DNA of 64,000 nucleotides from Malacoraja senta. Its lineage: Eukaryota. The translations under genes and the position numbers were made by a program. Shown one piece after another: positions 1 to 11,430 of this stretch (the stretch's first letter is position 1; every line of letters starts with the position of its first letter). The stretch is taken from NCBI GenBank assembly GCA_038087875.1, contig CM075987.1, positions 18,788,001 to 18,852,000 on the forward strand, given 5' to 3'. The notes beneath the pieces are model-generated. The model was not told where the DNA came from, made no database searches, and worked only from the letters and a program-made list of their open reading frames with translations.

Positions 1-459
1 TCTACGAGTTTAACCCTTTGCTGACTGTGGATCAGGAGCTGGGGGTTTGACAGCACGATTCCTAAACCATGGGCATCCTCGTGGGTATTAGAAGAGGAAG
101 TGGGTGGAGAGAGGGAGGCGGAGGAAGGGTGAAGCAGATACAAACGGCACATGAGGAAAGAGATGGCGTTCAAAGAGATTGCTGACCAGAGTTGAAGAAA
201 AGTGATGGAGTTCACGTGACACAATCATATACATCATGTTAGAAAGGCACCATCATTTGTTCTATAATGTCTGCCACCATTCACCACCTGATCGCAGGCA
301 CACTGCCCCATTCAGGATGAATCTCTAGATCGGCACAAGTACACCAAAGAGTGAATTAATTTACAATTCAGTAAGAATGATTCATGTTAAAGATGTAGAC
401 TAGGCATTGCATGACTAAGAATGACATGAATGCCAGCACCTTTCTTAATTACCTTAAAG

Positions 460-650
460 ACATAGAGTCATGCTGTCATAGTCAGACAGCGTGGAAACAG
501 GCCCTTCGGCCCAACTTGCCCACTTCGACGACCATGCCCTTTTTACACTACTCCCACCTGCCTCTGTTTGGCCCATATCCCTCTAAACCTATCCTATCCA
601 TGTACCTATCCAAATGTTTTTTAAAGGCTGTGATAGTACCTGCTTATTTT
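460..650 (-). mobile_element. CR1/HER1-like LINE 3' end remnant
   Basis: Reverse complement of the recurrent tail (…ttgggccgaagggcctgtttccacgctgtctgact), seen many times in this window. Confidence 0.7.
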
Positions 651-1015
651 TGTTTTATTTTAAACTGGTAAGATTGATTCATTATGTATTTTTCTATTTG
701 AATTTCTCCATTTCCATTTTGAAACCCTTAGCTCCTTCAAGAGATCGCAGGTATTTTCACCTCCTCATTTTGAGTGCCTCTCCCAGTTTTCGTGCTCGTC
801 TTGCTCATAGGCTTCCAGCTGTGTGCTTTGGTGTGTCTTGGTAACTACCCCTCCAATCCATTTCCCTCAGCAACCGAGCTAAAATCTCATCAAAATCAGT
901 TCTGATGAAGGCCACCTTTGGATGCAAAGAAGATGGTCTCAGATCTTCCATTGCACTATAGTTTTATGCAAGAGGTCAGGTGTCATCTGTGAACAGAGAA
1001 ACAGGATTAACTATG

Positions 1016-1205
1016 TGGGTGAGGCAGCATCTATGGAGCGAAGGAAATAGGCAACGTTTCGGGCCGAAACCCTTCTGAAGGGTTTCGGCCCGAAACGTTG
1101 CCTATTTCCTTCACTCCATAGATGCTGCCTCACCCGCTGAGTTTCTCCAGCATTTTTGTCTACCTTACATTTTCCAGCATCTGCAGCATCTGCATCTGCA
1201 TAGTT
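1016..1205. mobile_element. Penelope-derived palindromic non-autonomous insertion
   Basis: 59-bp inverted arms at 1017-1075 and 1077-1135 (1 mismatch); flanked by direct repeat aaacaggattaactatg at 999-1015 and 1206-1222. Confidence 0.75.
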
Positions 1206-2039
1206 AAACAGGATTAACTATGCCTACTTTGACAAAGTTCTCCTTCTGAAAAAGGGTCCTGACCCAAAATGTCTTCCGTCCACTTCTCGCCACAGATGTT
1301 TCCTGACCTGCTGTGTTCCTCCAGCACTTTATTTTTTTGAACAGGATTAATGTTTCAGGTCGGTGACATTTTATCAGAACCGAGAGAAGTCAGAAATAAA
1401 AAATGTTTGAAGTTGCAGATTGAGAAGTGGGAGGCATGGAAAAGAAATCAAAGGAGATGCCTGTGGCAGATTAAAGACAAGTGGATGACATATATATTGG
1501 CGGTGGCAATGGAGCGAGGTTGGTGAAAGACTATCGATCACAGTTTCAAGGAGCGGTTGCAGAATGGAAGTAGAGGAGAAGAGAGGTAAAAAACTTGTAA
1601 GAATTTTGTACAATTAATATGGGTGACCAGACAATGTTAGATGAATGGCTTCCAAAGAGACCATCAGTCAGTGCCCTTTTTAGGAAGGAAAAAAGGAGAG
1701 GTGCTGGAGGACCTCAGTGAGTCAGGCAGCATCAATGGAGGGAAATGGACAGTTGACCTCAGGTCCCTTCATCAGTCCACTCCAGATTTTGCTCAAGATG
1801 TTAGCACCTGCTGTTTCTTGGGCCATCCTTCATCATGACCCAACTTTATATTTAGTTACTTGAGGTTAAATTTAAATTTCTCCGATGCTGCGTTGGGAAC
1901 TGATCTCACATCTCTGATTCACAAATATTGACCCATCGATCTCTGGTCTAGTAAACATAACATAGGCAATTTCCTTCAATTCACCAGAAGTTTACAATAG
2001 CCAAAAACCCAGAGAACTCCAGGCCTTTTGATTATTTAC

Positions 2040-2480
2040 GATTCAGGTTTAAGAAAAATGTTATTAAGCTGGAAAGAGTGCAAAGAAGATTTATGAGGAT
2101 ATTGCCAAGACTCGGGGGCTTGAGCCGCAGGGAGCAATTGGCAGGCTGGGATTTTATTCCTTGGGGTGCAAGAGGCTGAGGGGTGATCATATGGAGGTGT
2201 ACAAAATCATGAGGGAATTGGTAGGGAGAATTCACAGTCTTTCTTGTGGAGTAGGCAGATCAAGAATTGGAGGTCACAAGTTTAAGTTGAGAGATGAAAT
2301 TTAATAGGAACCTGGAGGGGTAACCTTTGCACAAAGAGGTTGGTGGGTAAAAGGAACGAGCTGCCAGAGGAGGTAATTGAGGCAGGTATAATAACAACAT
2401 TTAATTTGAACAGGTACATGGATAGGAAAGGTTTAGAAAAATATGGGTGAAACGTGGCCAAACGGGACCAGCTTAGAAAG
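2040..2480 (+). mobile_element. Degenerate CR1-like LINE, ORF2 C-terminal region and 3' end
   Basis: Decayed LERVQRRF…RLRGD-type coding sequence homologous to the intact CR1 at 17363-18133. Confidence 0.75.
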
Positions 2481-2719
2481 GGACACGAGGAACTGCAAGT
2501 GCTGAAATGTTGAATGAAACACAAACTGCTGGAGGAACTCAGCAGGTCATGCAGCATCTGTGGAGGCAATTAACAGGCACTCGGGTCAGCACCCTACTTC
2601 AGAGTCAATGTGGCATCTTGGTTGGCATGGATGAATTGGGCCTAAGGGTCTGCTTCAATGCTATATGACTATGACGGTAATGCAAGTTCATCAAACAAAA
2701 TGTGGTGAAAATGAGACTC

Positions 2720-3000
2720 TTTAACTGTCATATGTAGCAACAACAGAACAATAACATTCTTACTTGGCGCAGCATAACAGGACCTGTAAACACAGCACTT
2801 CATAGATAACATAACAGGCAAAAAAAATTCAACAAACTAAAAAGCTCATTATTCAAAAAACCAAAAAAGCCCAAAGTCGTCAGTGCAACCAAGACAGTTC
2901 TTAGTCTATAGTTTAGTTAGTGTTGTGTAGTAAGTGTTCAAGCACCTGATGGTTGTTGGAAAGAAGCTGTTCTTGAACTTGGAGGTCACGGTTTTCAAAA
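2720..3000 (-). mobile_element. Rex1/Babar-like LINE 3' remnant
   Basis: Similar to the 3' region of the Rex element at 8068-9265 (…aagaagctgttcttgaac…). Confidence 0.55.
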
Positions 3001-4221
3001 CCGTAAGAATGGTGTCAGACCAGGTCATTTTATTTATTTGTTCTGCAAGTTGTGGCGGATGGATTGCTGAATTGTACAGCAGTCATTTCACAGTCACTCA
3101 GGTACTGAATATTCTCCCTCGCCGCCTCATTAGCATTCCGTCAGGGTAGCACAGCAGCTCAATCTCTGCCGCATCGCAAAGGCTGGAGGTGTAGCGCAGG
3201 CCAATCTTCCTTTGAAAACCCTCCTGATTATATTGGACAGATAATTATTGATCGCCTTGCCGTTTATCCCCGCTGACTATTTTCAATAAACAGCAGCTGG
3301 AGGAAATCACCAAGGGATTCCATTTTCTGGATTTGTCAGAAACTGGAAGATTTATCTGTATCCGAGTAAGATTCTTATTCGCTGAAAGATTCTGGGATTT
3401 GTTCACAGAAAACAAGGTGATGTTAGCTGATTGTGTTCTGATTTACAGAACTGGGCTTATAGATTTTTTTTTCTTTTAAAACACCTTGCAAGTATCCTCA
3501 GAGGGAAGGATGACACTCCATATTTCTAAGATACATCAAACGGCACGAGTCTTACAAGTAATTCAACACACATATGATAGACAGAGATTAGGATGCAAAG
3601 TAAATGAAGGAAAGCCTACTGCTCTTTTGGGCCCAGTGCTGAGATACAGCTGGGGATCTTTGCACTGCACACACCTCCTTGTCTGGGTTCCACGTTAAAC
3701 CAAAGATTAACTTCCTGTTTTAGGCTTCCATCAGGCATGAGGTCCCATCCTAATGAGTGGTACCCCAAGCAGAGTAACCCCAAGGAGAGCCCAACTTTCC
3801 CTGGAGGCGAGGCTCTGTCTCGAAGAAGCATCCAACATAATCAAGGATACACAATAAACTGCATGTGTTGGAACGTTTAGCTATACACAAAGTGCTGGAG
3901 GAATTCAACAGGTCGGGCAGCATCTGGGGAGGAAATGGATGGATGACGTTTCGAGTCAGAACTTTCTTTAGGGCCTTATTCACCCTGGTCATTCCCTCTT
4001 CTCCCCTCTCCCATTGGACAGAAGATGCAAAAGCTTGAAAGCATGTACAACTAGATTGGAAAGCAGCTTCTCCCTGCTGTTATCCGACTACTGAACGGTT
4101 CTCCCATGGGTTAGGGTGCAGTCCAGATCTTCCAATCCACCTCATTGCAGACGTTGGACTTTTTCCTCTGTAACTGTATTTAAGTGCCATCATGGGTCTT
4201 GGTGATGTGGGCAGAGAGTAA

Positions 4222-4825
4222 AGGCTCTGTCTTACCTGTTTGCGGTCATCGGCGGTGAAGCGCGGCGTCGCCGGTAGCGAGGACCGTGCGGCAACGGCGA
4301 GAGCGTCGAGCCAATCCACCGGAGCGCCGCACGGATGTTGCGCGGGAGCCGAGTTAATTCATACACGGCGGGTCCCACGTGCTTGCGGTAAGTAAAAAAA
4401 GGGCGGGCCGACTGCGATGACGTCGGCCCGCCGCACGTGACTCACCAGCGGCGGCTGTGGCGGCGGCCATCCTGATCGCGGCGCTGTAGCGGTGGCTGTG
4501 CCTGCGGCCGTGCAGCACACGTGCCTCACTGGCGGCGGCACGTGCCTCACTGGCGGAGGCTGTGGCAGTGGAGGTTTGACGCACGGCGCTTAAGCCATAC
4601 TGGCGGCGGCCCGTGCGTGCGGCCGTGCCGCACTCGTGCATCACTGGTGGAGGTTGTGCGGTGAGTATTTAGTTTTGGACATTGTCGATTTTATTTTAGC
4701 ACCGCGCGGTGTTGGGAACACCGCCGCACGGCCCGGGAATTGTACTTTCTCACGAGTGCGCGGTCTATGGCGGCAGATTCCTCCCGTTTCGCCACCATAG
4801 ACCGCAGACTCGTGAGACAGGCCTT
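4222..4825. mobile_element. PIF/Harbinger-like non-autonomous DNA transposon (MITE), GC/CpG-rich
   Basis: Imperfect ~45-bp TIRs (aggctctgtcttacctgtttgcggtcatcggcggtgaagcg vs revcomp of right end aaggcctgtctcacgagtctgcggtctatggtggcgaaacg); TAA on both sides (4219-4221, 4826-4828). Confidence 0.7.
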
Positions 4826-5064
4826 TAAAGCATCATCATTATTGCAAAGGAGCACCTGCTACAAGGTATCTTTTCAGATGAGAAACATGTTGGTTAGCCC
4901 TCGCACTCCAAGAGAGCATGTGGCTGTGCTGTAATATGAAGAACGTAGTAGTGTATATAGGACATAAAAGAGTGCAGCACAAGAAAAGGCCCTTCGGCCC
5001 ACAATGTTCCTGCTAAACAAGAAACTAACCTCATCTGCCTACACATGATCCATATTTCTCAATT

Positions 5065-6078
5065 GGCCTCCTCCATTGCCAGATTGAGGTCACACATTGA
5101 TATGAGGAACAGCACCTCATATACTGCTTGGGTAGCTTACAACCCAACAGTATGAACACCTCCACTTTCAAACAATACTTCCCCGATACCCCTCTCCTTC
5201 CCCTGCCCCATCCTTCACCCCAGTGTGCACACATTTCCCCCACTGTCTCCCACTTTCCCTTCCTCGATATGCTCATCTCCTATTTCATATTTCCCTGTTA
5301 TCCTCCCTCCTTCCCTTCTTGCTTCCAGCCATATCACTCCCTGTGGCTTTCCATTTCACTCCACCTCTTCTTTCTTTATCTGACACCTTTTGTCTTTTCA
5401 TCTCTGGATCAACATCAAGAGCTCGCAGTCTTCGGGAGAGGCTAGTTGGGAGCTCCAACGTCGCAGCAGGTTCGATGAGCCCTGACGTGAGGTTCGATCG
5501 TCCAGCGCGGGTGAGCTGACATCCCCCCGATGCGGGAGCGAATCGCCTCGATGTGGAGGGCCCGAAATGCCGCCGGCTATGGGAGTCAAGATCGTCCCGT
5601 CAACGGAGGCTCAAGGCCTACGACCGAGGAAGAACTAAGGGAAGGGACTTGAACTTTATTTCGGCTTCCATCACAGTGAGGAATGTGTAGGAGTCACTGT
5701 GGTGGATGTTCATGTTAAAATCTGTTTTGAGTGATCTGTTGCTTTTAATTGTATGACTGACCTGGCCAATGAAACTCCTCGTGTGTTGCAAAACATACTT
5801 GGCGAATAAAGTGTGATTCTGATTCTGATCTCTAGAGTTTGTCACTTACTCCACCCATCTTGGAATCAGCTTCCCACGTCTGAATCCACCCTTCACATTC
5901 CAGTCTTTGTCCCACTCCCACAACTTTTCCAGCTTTCTCCTCTCTACTCCATCAGCGTGAAGGGTCCCGGCCTGCAATGCTGTTTGTCCATTTCTCTCCA
6001 CAGATGCTGCTTGACCCACTGAATTCCTCCAACACTGTGCTTTGTTCAAGATTCCAGCATCTGCAGTTTCATGTCTCT
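5065..6078 (+). mobile_element. Penelope-like element 3' remnant (GIY-YIG endonuclease C-terminus plus pseudo-LTR), interrupted by the 5410-5827 insertion
   Basis: 5065-5157 translates GLLHCQIEVTH*YEEQHLIYCLGSLQPNSMN, matching the PLE endonuclease C-terminal pattern; followed by a pyrimidine-rich UTR and the abundant gatgctgc…ctccagcac repeat. Confidence 0.75.
5410..5827 (+). mobile_element. GC-rich non-autonomous retroelement with Rex-type (ATTCTG)n tail
   Basis: Ends aataaagtgtgattctgattctg; near-TSD atctct(g/a)ga; 3' hairpin at 5667-5706 shared with copies near 19.8, 42.9 and 46.3 kb. Confidence 0.55.
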
Positions 6079-6104
6079 AAATGCAGGGTCTTTGCCCTGT
6101 TCTC

Positions 6105-6665
6105 CAGTCACTGCCTCTCCGCTGAGATAGCAGAGACAGAGCATGCACCGGGGAAAATTGGAGGGATCACAGCATGGTTCGGAAAAAGCTCCACCCAAGA
6201 CGGCAAGAAATTGTAGTGAATTGTGCTCACAGCCCACTCTATCACGCCAACCAACCTACCTTCCCATTGACTCCATCTACACTTCACGCTGCCCCATGAA
6301 TCAAGGGTGAGTTTCACCCTGGTTCACTCCTTCTCCCATCAGGCAAGAGCTACAGAAGTTTGAAAATACACACCTCCAGATTCAGGGACATTTTCTTCCC
6401 AGCTTTATCAGGCAACTGAACCATCTCATCTCCAAGTATAGAGTGGTCCTGACCTACCATCTACCTCATTGGAGACCCTCAAACTATCTTTAATCAGACT
6501 TTACTGGACTTCATCCTGCACTAAACGTTATTCCCTTTATCCCTTATCTGTACACTGTGGACGGCTTGATTGTGATCATGTATAGTCTTTCCGCTGACTG
6601 GATAGCACGCAACAAAAAAGCTTTTTGCTGTACCTCATTACACGTGACAATAAACTATACTAAAA
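6105..6665 (+). mobile_element. Old Rex1/Babar-like LINE 3' fragment
   Basis: Decayed ITAWFG…LPSG.SYRSL…RFRD coding sequence; tail …ctgtacctcattacacgtgacaataaactatactaaa. Confidence 0.7.
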
Positions 6666-6959
6666 AGTGATGTTAGTTGACTTCTACCAGCACGACTGGC
6701 GGTGTTTACATTTTGTGGTGTGTTATTTTCTCAGTAGACACGTGTGAAGGAAAATACCAGCAGTAACTTTACTTAGAACGTTCCTTTTGGTTTGGATTAT
6801 GGGGATGGAAGTGCACAGGGGACATGGCTGGAGACTGGGGTAGAGGGTGGCAATGAAGAATTGGGCAAGTAGGATAAAGGACAAGGAAGAAAAAATATTT
6901 GTCTTAAATATCTGACGGATTGTTAACTTTGAAGCATCAGAGGCAGACCTGATGGAAGA

Positions 6960-7400
6960 ATATACAGTAAAACCCATGAGAAGCATAGATAGGGCAGTCA
7001 GTCAGATCCTTTTTCCTAGGGTGCATAACTTTAAGGTGAGAGGGGTAGAGTTTAAAAGGGATGTGCAGGTAAAGTTTTTTTTAAACCCAGAGAGTAGTGG
7101 ATGCCTGGAATGCGCTGGTGGTGGTGGTGGAGGCAGCTATGATACTGGCATTTAAGCAACTTTTAGATAGGCACAGTGATATGGATCTCGACCCGAAACG
7201 TCACCCATTCCTTCTCTCCAAAGATGCTGCCTGTCCCGCTGAGTTACTTCAGCATTTTGTGTCTATCTTTGATTTAAACCATCATCTGCAGTACTTTCCT
7301 ACACAGTAATATGGACCATGTGCTGGCAGAGGAGATTATCAAGGTCGGTACAGACATTGTGGGCCTAAGGGCCAGTTCCTGTGCTGTACTGTTCTCTGTT
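6960..7400 (+). mobile_element. CR1-like 3' fragment with nested Penelope-derived insertion (7186-7301)
   Basis: CR1 tail motifs; insertion flanked by cacagt(g/a)atatgga at 7172-7185 and 7302-7315. Confidence 0.65.
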
Positions 7401-7924
7401 TGTTGGATGAAGTTCGCAGCTTTTTTCTCTGTTGCTGTAGTGCCATTTTCAGCAAATATAAATTTCAGTTGTTGCCCTTATACAGCAGATGTTGGTCCTA
7501 TAGTTCTCTCCAATTGCTCCCTTGTGACAGTTGCTATTGATTTTTTGCCTGGGACTGCATGGCCAGATTAACACCGGTGATAAATGGCTAAGGATTGATT
7601 TGCACTTAATTGACAATTTGGTGAACCTGTTTTAAAATCCCTGGGTTTGGGCCTGGGAATGGAGCATTCAAGGGTAATTTATGGCCTGATCAATAAGACT
7701 TGGCCTAACATCTATAGTCTTAGTGAGGAGGCAGGAGAACTGTCACATCCCCAGTCAGGACTTATTGTTGCTGAGCCTTTAACTACAAGGCAATAATATT
7801 GACAACAGAGGGCAGTAGAGTCTTGGAGACAGTACTATCGGAGGGGAGAGAAATCTTGTATTTTTAAGGATTATCTTCACTTTGAAACAGCGGATTGAAA
7901 TGAGATGGGGGTGGGGGTGAAAAA

Positions 7925-8067
7925 CAGTGGCACAGCTGCTGCCTCGCAACGCCGCAGACCCAGGTTCAATCCTGACCTCGGGTGCAGTCTGTGTGGAGCT
8001 TGCATGATCTCCCTGTGGGTTTCTTCTGCGTGTTCCGGTTTCCTCCCACATCCCAAAGACGTGCGGG
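7925..8067 (+). mobile_element. HE1-like V-SINE, 5' part (resumes at 9266 after the Rex insertion)
   Basis: tRNA-like head and body ttccggtttcctcccacatcccaaagacgtgcggg; body continues as taggctaattggcctctgtaaat at 9266. Confidence 0.75.
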
Positions 8068-9265
8068 TCAAGTCAAGTCAAGTCAAGTGAGTTTATTGTC
8101 ATGTGTCCCTGATAGGAGAATGCAATTCTTGCTTTGCTTCAGCACAACAGAACATAGTAGGCATTTACTACAAAACAGATCAGTGTGTCCATATACCATA
8201 ATATAAATATATACACACATGAATAAATAAACTGATAAAGTGCAGATAACAGATAATGGGTTATTAATAATCAGAGTTTTGTCCGAGCCAGGTTTAATAG
8301 CCTGATGGCTGTGGGGAAGTAGCTATTCCTGAACCTGGTTGTTGCAGTCTTCAGGCTCCTGTACCTTCTACCTGAAGGTAGTAGGGAGATGAGTGTGTGG
8401 CCAGGATGGTGTGGGCCCTTGATGATGCTGCCAGCCTTTTTGAGGCAGCGACTGCGATAGATCCCCTCGATGGAAGGGAGGTCAGAGCCGATGATGGACT
8501 GGACAGTGTTTACTACGTTTTGTAGTCTTTTCCTCTCCAGGGCGCTCAAGTTGCCAAACCAAGCCACGATGCACCCAGTCAGCATGCTCTCTACTGTGCA
8601 CATGTAGAAGTTAGAGAGAGTCCTCCTTGACAAACCGACTCTCCGTAATCTTCTCAGGAAGTAGAGGCGCTGATGAGCTTTCTTGATAATCGCATTAGTG
8701 TTCACGGACCAGGAAAGATCTTCAGAGATGTGCACCCCCAGGAATTTGAAGCTCTTGACCCTTTAAACCATTGACCCGTTGATATAAACGGGACTGTGGG
8801 TCCCCATCCTACTCCTTCCAAAGTCCACAATCAGTTCCTTGGTTTTGCTGGTGTTGAGGGCTAGGTTATTGTGCTGGCACCATATGGACAGTTGCTCGAT
8901 CTCTTCTATACTCTGACTCATCCCCATCAGTGATACGTCCCACCACAGTGGTGTCATCAGCGAACTTGATGATGGAGTTCGCACTGTGACCGGCTACGCA
9001 GTCATGAGTATAGAGTGAGTACAGCAGGGGGCTGAGCACGCAGCCTTGAGGTGCTCCCGTGCTGATTGTTATCGAGGCTGACACATTTCCACCAATATGA
9101 ACAGACTGTGGTCTGTGAATGAGGAAGTTGAGGATCCAATTGCAGAGGGATGCGCAGAGACCCAGTTCTGCGAGTTTGGTAACCAGCTTGGAGGGGATGA
9201 TTGTGTTAAATGCCGAGCTGTAATCGATGAATAACAGCCTGACATATGAGTTTTTGTTGTCCAAG
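8068..9265 (-). mobile_element. Rex1/Babar LINE, 5'-truncated, RT plus C-terminal region
   Basis: ORFs 8866-9264 ([13 protein letters not shown]…[12 protein letters not shown]…KFADD), 8763-8984 and 8271-8735; one frameshift and one stop; (CTTGA)n tail at 8068-8087; nested inside an HE1 SINE. Confidence 0.92.
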
Positions 9266-9829
9266 TAGGCTAATTGGCCTCTGTAAATCGCCCCTGGTGT
9301 ATAGGGAGTTGATGTGGACAGTATTCTTTATCCCAAGTCTCTCTCCTCATGCAAACTACACCCGTTTAAAATCCAAGCTCCAGATTTCAAATCATTGCAT
9401 CATCTTTTGCTTTCTTTGTCCCCAGCAGTGCCCTGTATTGTGGACATTCAGCTAGTGGACCTGCTCCCATTGATTGTGCAAGCAATGCCTTTGCTCAGTA
9501 AATGATGAGACTGGGGAACTTGCTACCGCAAGGAGCAGCAGAAGTGGCTGTATAAGTATCCAAGGACCAAAAGATTTGAAGAATGGCTGTGCCAGGACAA
9601 CAGACCTTTAAGGCCAAGATAAGACTCCATGTTTAAGAACTTTGAAACTAAAGGATACAAGATGGTGCCAGAAAAATGCAACTCATGTACTGCCTCAGTG
9701 TAATCTGCTACTCTTACACAGTCTTGTACTTAGATATGATTGTGTCTATGTATTGTAAGACCTTTACTGAATTCAATGCAAAAGTGGGATTTCACTGTAC
9801 CATTCAACCAGCAGCATAAAGCATGGAAA

Positions 9830-10135
9830 GCACGGTGGCGCAGCGGTAGCGTTGCTGCCTGACAGCTCTTGCAGCGCCAGAGACCCTGGTTCGATCCCGA
9901 CTACGGAGTTTGTACGTTCTCCCCGTGACCTGCGTGGGTTTCCTCCGAGATCTTAGGTTTCCTCCCACACTCCAAAGACGTACAGGTTTGTAGGTTAATT
10001 GGCTTGGTATAAATGTAAATTGTCCCTAGTGTGTGTGGGAGGAGAGTGCTAATGTGTGGGGATCGCTGTTCGGTGCAGACTCGGTGGGCCGAAGGGCCTG
10101 TTTCCACGCTGCACCTCTATAAACTAAACAAAACT
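9830..10135 (+). mobile_element. HE1-like tRNA-derived V-SINE, full length
   Basis: A box TGGCGCAGCGG at 9836-9846, B box GGTTCGATCCC at 9888-9898, V-type body, CR1-type tail ending in (CTAAA)-like repeats. Confidence 0.88.
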
Positions 10136-10194
10136 ATTAAATGTTGATATAAAGTTAGTAAGGTATGAGGAGGTGTGCGCAAAACCTAAACATC

Positions 10195-10392
10195 ATCCTC
10201 CCCTTCTCAGCTCTCCCTCAGCCCTCGGGCTCCTCCTCTTCCTTTCTCTTTTCTTCTACCCATCCCCCCCCCCCACCACCCCACCCCACCCCACATCAGT
10301 CTGAAGAAGGGTTTCGGCCCAAAACGTTGCCTATTTCCTTTGCTCCACAGATGCTGCTGCACCCGCTGAGTTTCTCCAGCACTTTTGTCTAA
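10195..10392 (+). mobile_element. Penelope pseudo-LTR fragment with hammerhead-like motif (G12 mutated)
   Basis: ctgaaga-a-gggt-ttcg-gccc-aaaacgtt at 10301-10328. Confidence 0.65.
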
Positions 10393-11303
10393 CATCACAT
10401 GACGGTTGGGCTGGAAGGTAGTGCTGTACATTCACTGGAGTTCCAATCAACAATTATCACACATATCATATTTTCATTTCCACCATTTTCACTGGCATTC
10501 ACATGTTTTGTTAATAGTTTGCACTAATATTTCTAAGATGATTTGATGACAATCCTCAGTAATACAGATTCATACGTCAGAACAATGCTGAAGGAACATT
10601 TGCAAACAGGGCCACAAAGTGGACAGATAAATTCCAACACCACTTCTGCATGGAGTGGCATTATTTACTGCACGACTCATTCTGTTTACATGGTTTCTCT
10701 TGAGATTCTACACCACTGAATACTCTTCAAATCATCAGCACAGCTTGTTCTGCTCTGATATATCAGCTGCTGCACTAAGCTGCATTGTTCCGTTAAACAT
10801 CCCTTGCACAGGCGTTTGGGGATGTAACACATGCGATGGATCCAGTACTGGGCAAACCAACTCTCAAGTTCATTGTAACTCCATATAGGTTACCCTGATT
10901 AAACTATTACAATATAAGACCACCTGCATTATCCAGCATAAACATTGCCCCAATATTGTAATATTTTCATAATGTAAAGATCAAACAATTCATATGGCAC
11001 CACATACTTCATCTTGCACCTCTGTTGCATTGCACTCATCATTGTATTTATTGTTGTATTTACTTTAGTGTATGTATGTAATTTACTCTGTGAACTTCAT
11101 GCGATTTTTCTTCCTGCGTAAGTGGGATACATCATTCGAGATCTGGCATTCATCCCGATCAACTGCTTCTCTGCACCATGATGAAAAGGTTTCTTCAACC
11201 ACCCCCCCCCCCCCCATACTTCATAAAATTGCTCAAGAAACAATATATTTAGTTTAGTTTAGAAATACAGCATGGTAATAGGCCCTTCAGCCCATCTATC
11301 ACA

Positions 11304-11430
11304 CTTCTTCTTCATGCATATGGCGTGCACAGCCTAAAGTTGTAGGACAACTTGTTCTGTTTGATCTTATTTGATTGTGCACACCAGGTCGAAACAGGGA
11401 TGACCACGTGAAGGTTGCAATCTCCCACCC
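11304..11430 (-). mobile_element. HDV-ribozyme-headed short retroelement, copy A (internal deletion)
   Basis: Homologous to 26281-26414; (GAA)n tail; lacks the J4/2-P2' segment. Confidence 0.8.

Noticed and set aside
1..420. Possible exon or 5' UTR at the window start
   Set aside because: Purine-rich unique sequence, but no ORF or splice pattern I can support
1016..1205. Recurrent palindromic repeats as a CRISPR-like array or miRNA hairpin
   Set aside because: Dispersed rather than regularly spaced, no spacers or cas genes, eukaryotic context; explained as Penelope-derived
4354..4644. Ala/Arg-rich ORFs in GC-rich DNA
   Set aside because: Inside a TIR-bounded element; stop-poor only because of GC content
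9830..9900. tRNA-like A/B boxes suggesting tRNA genes (also at 18658-18712, 22200 and 40500)
   Set aside because: These are SINE heads continuous with SINE bodies and tails; no full cloverleaf
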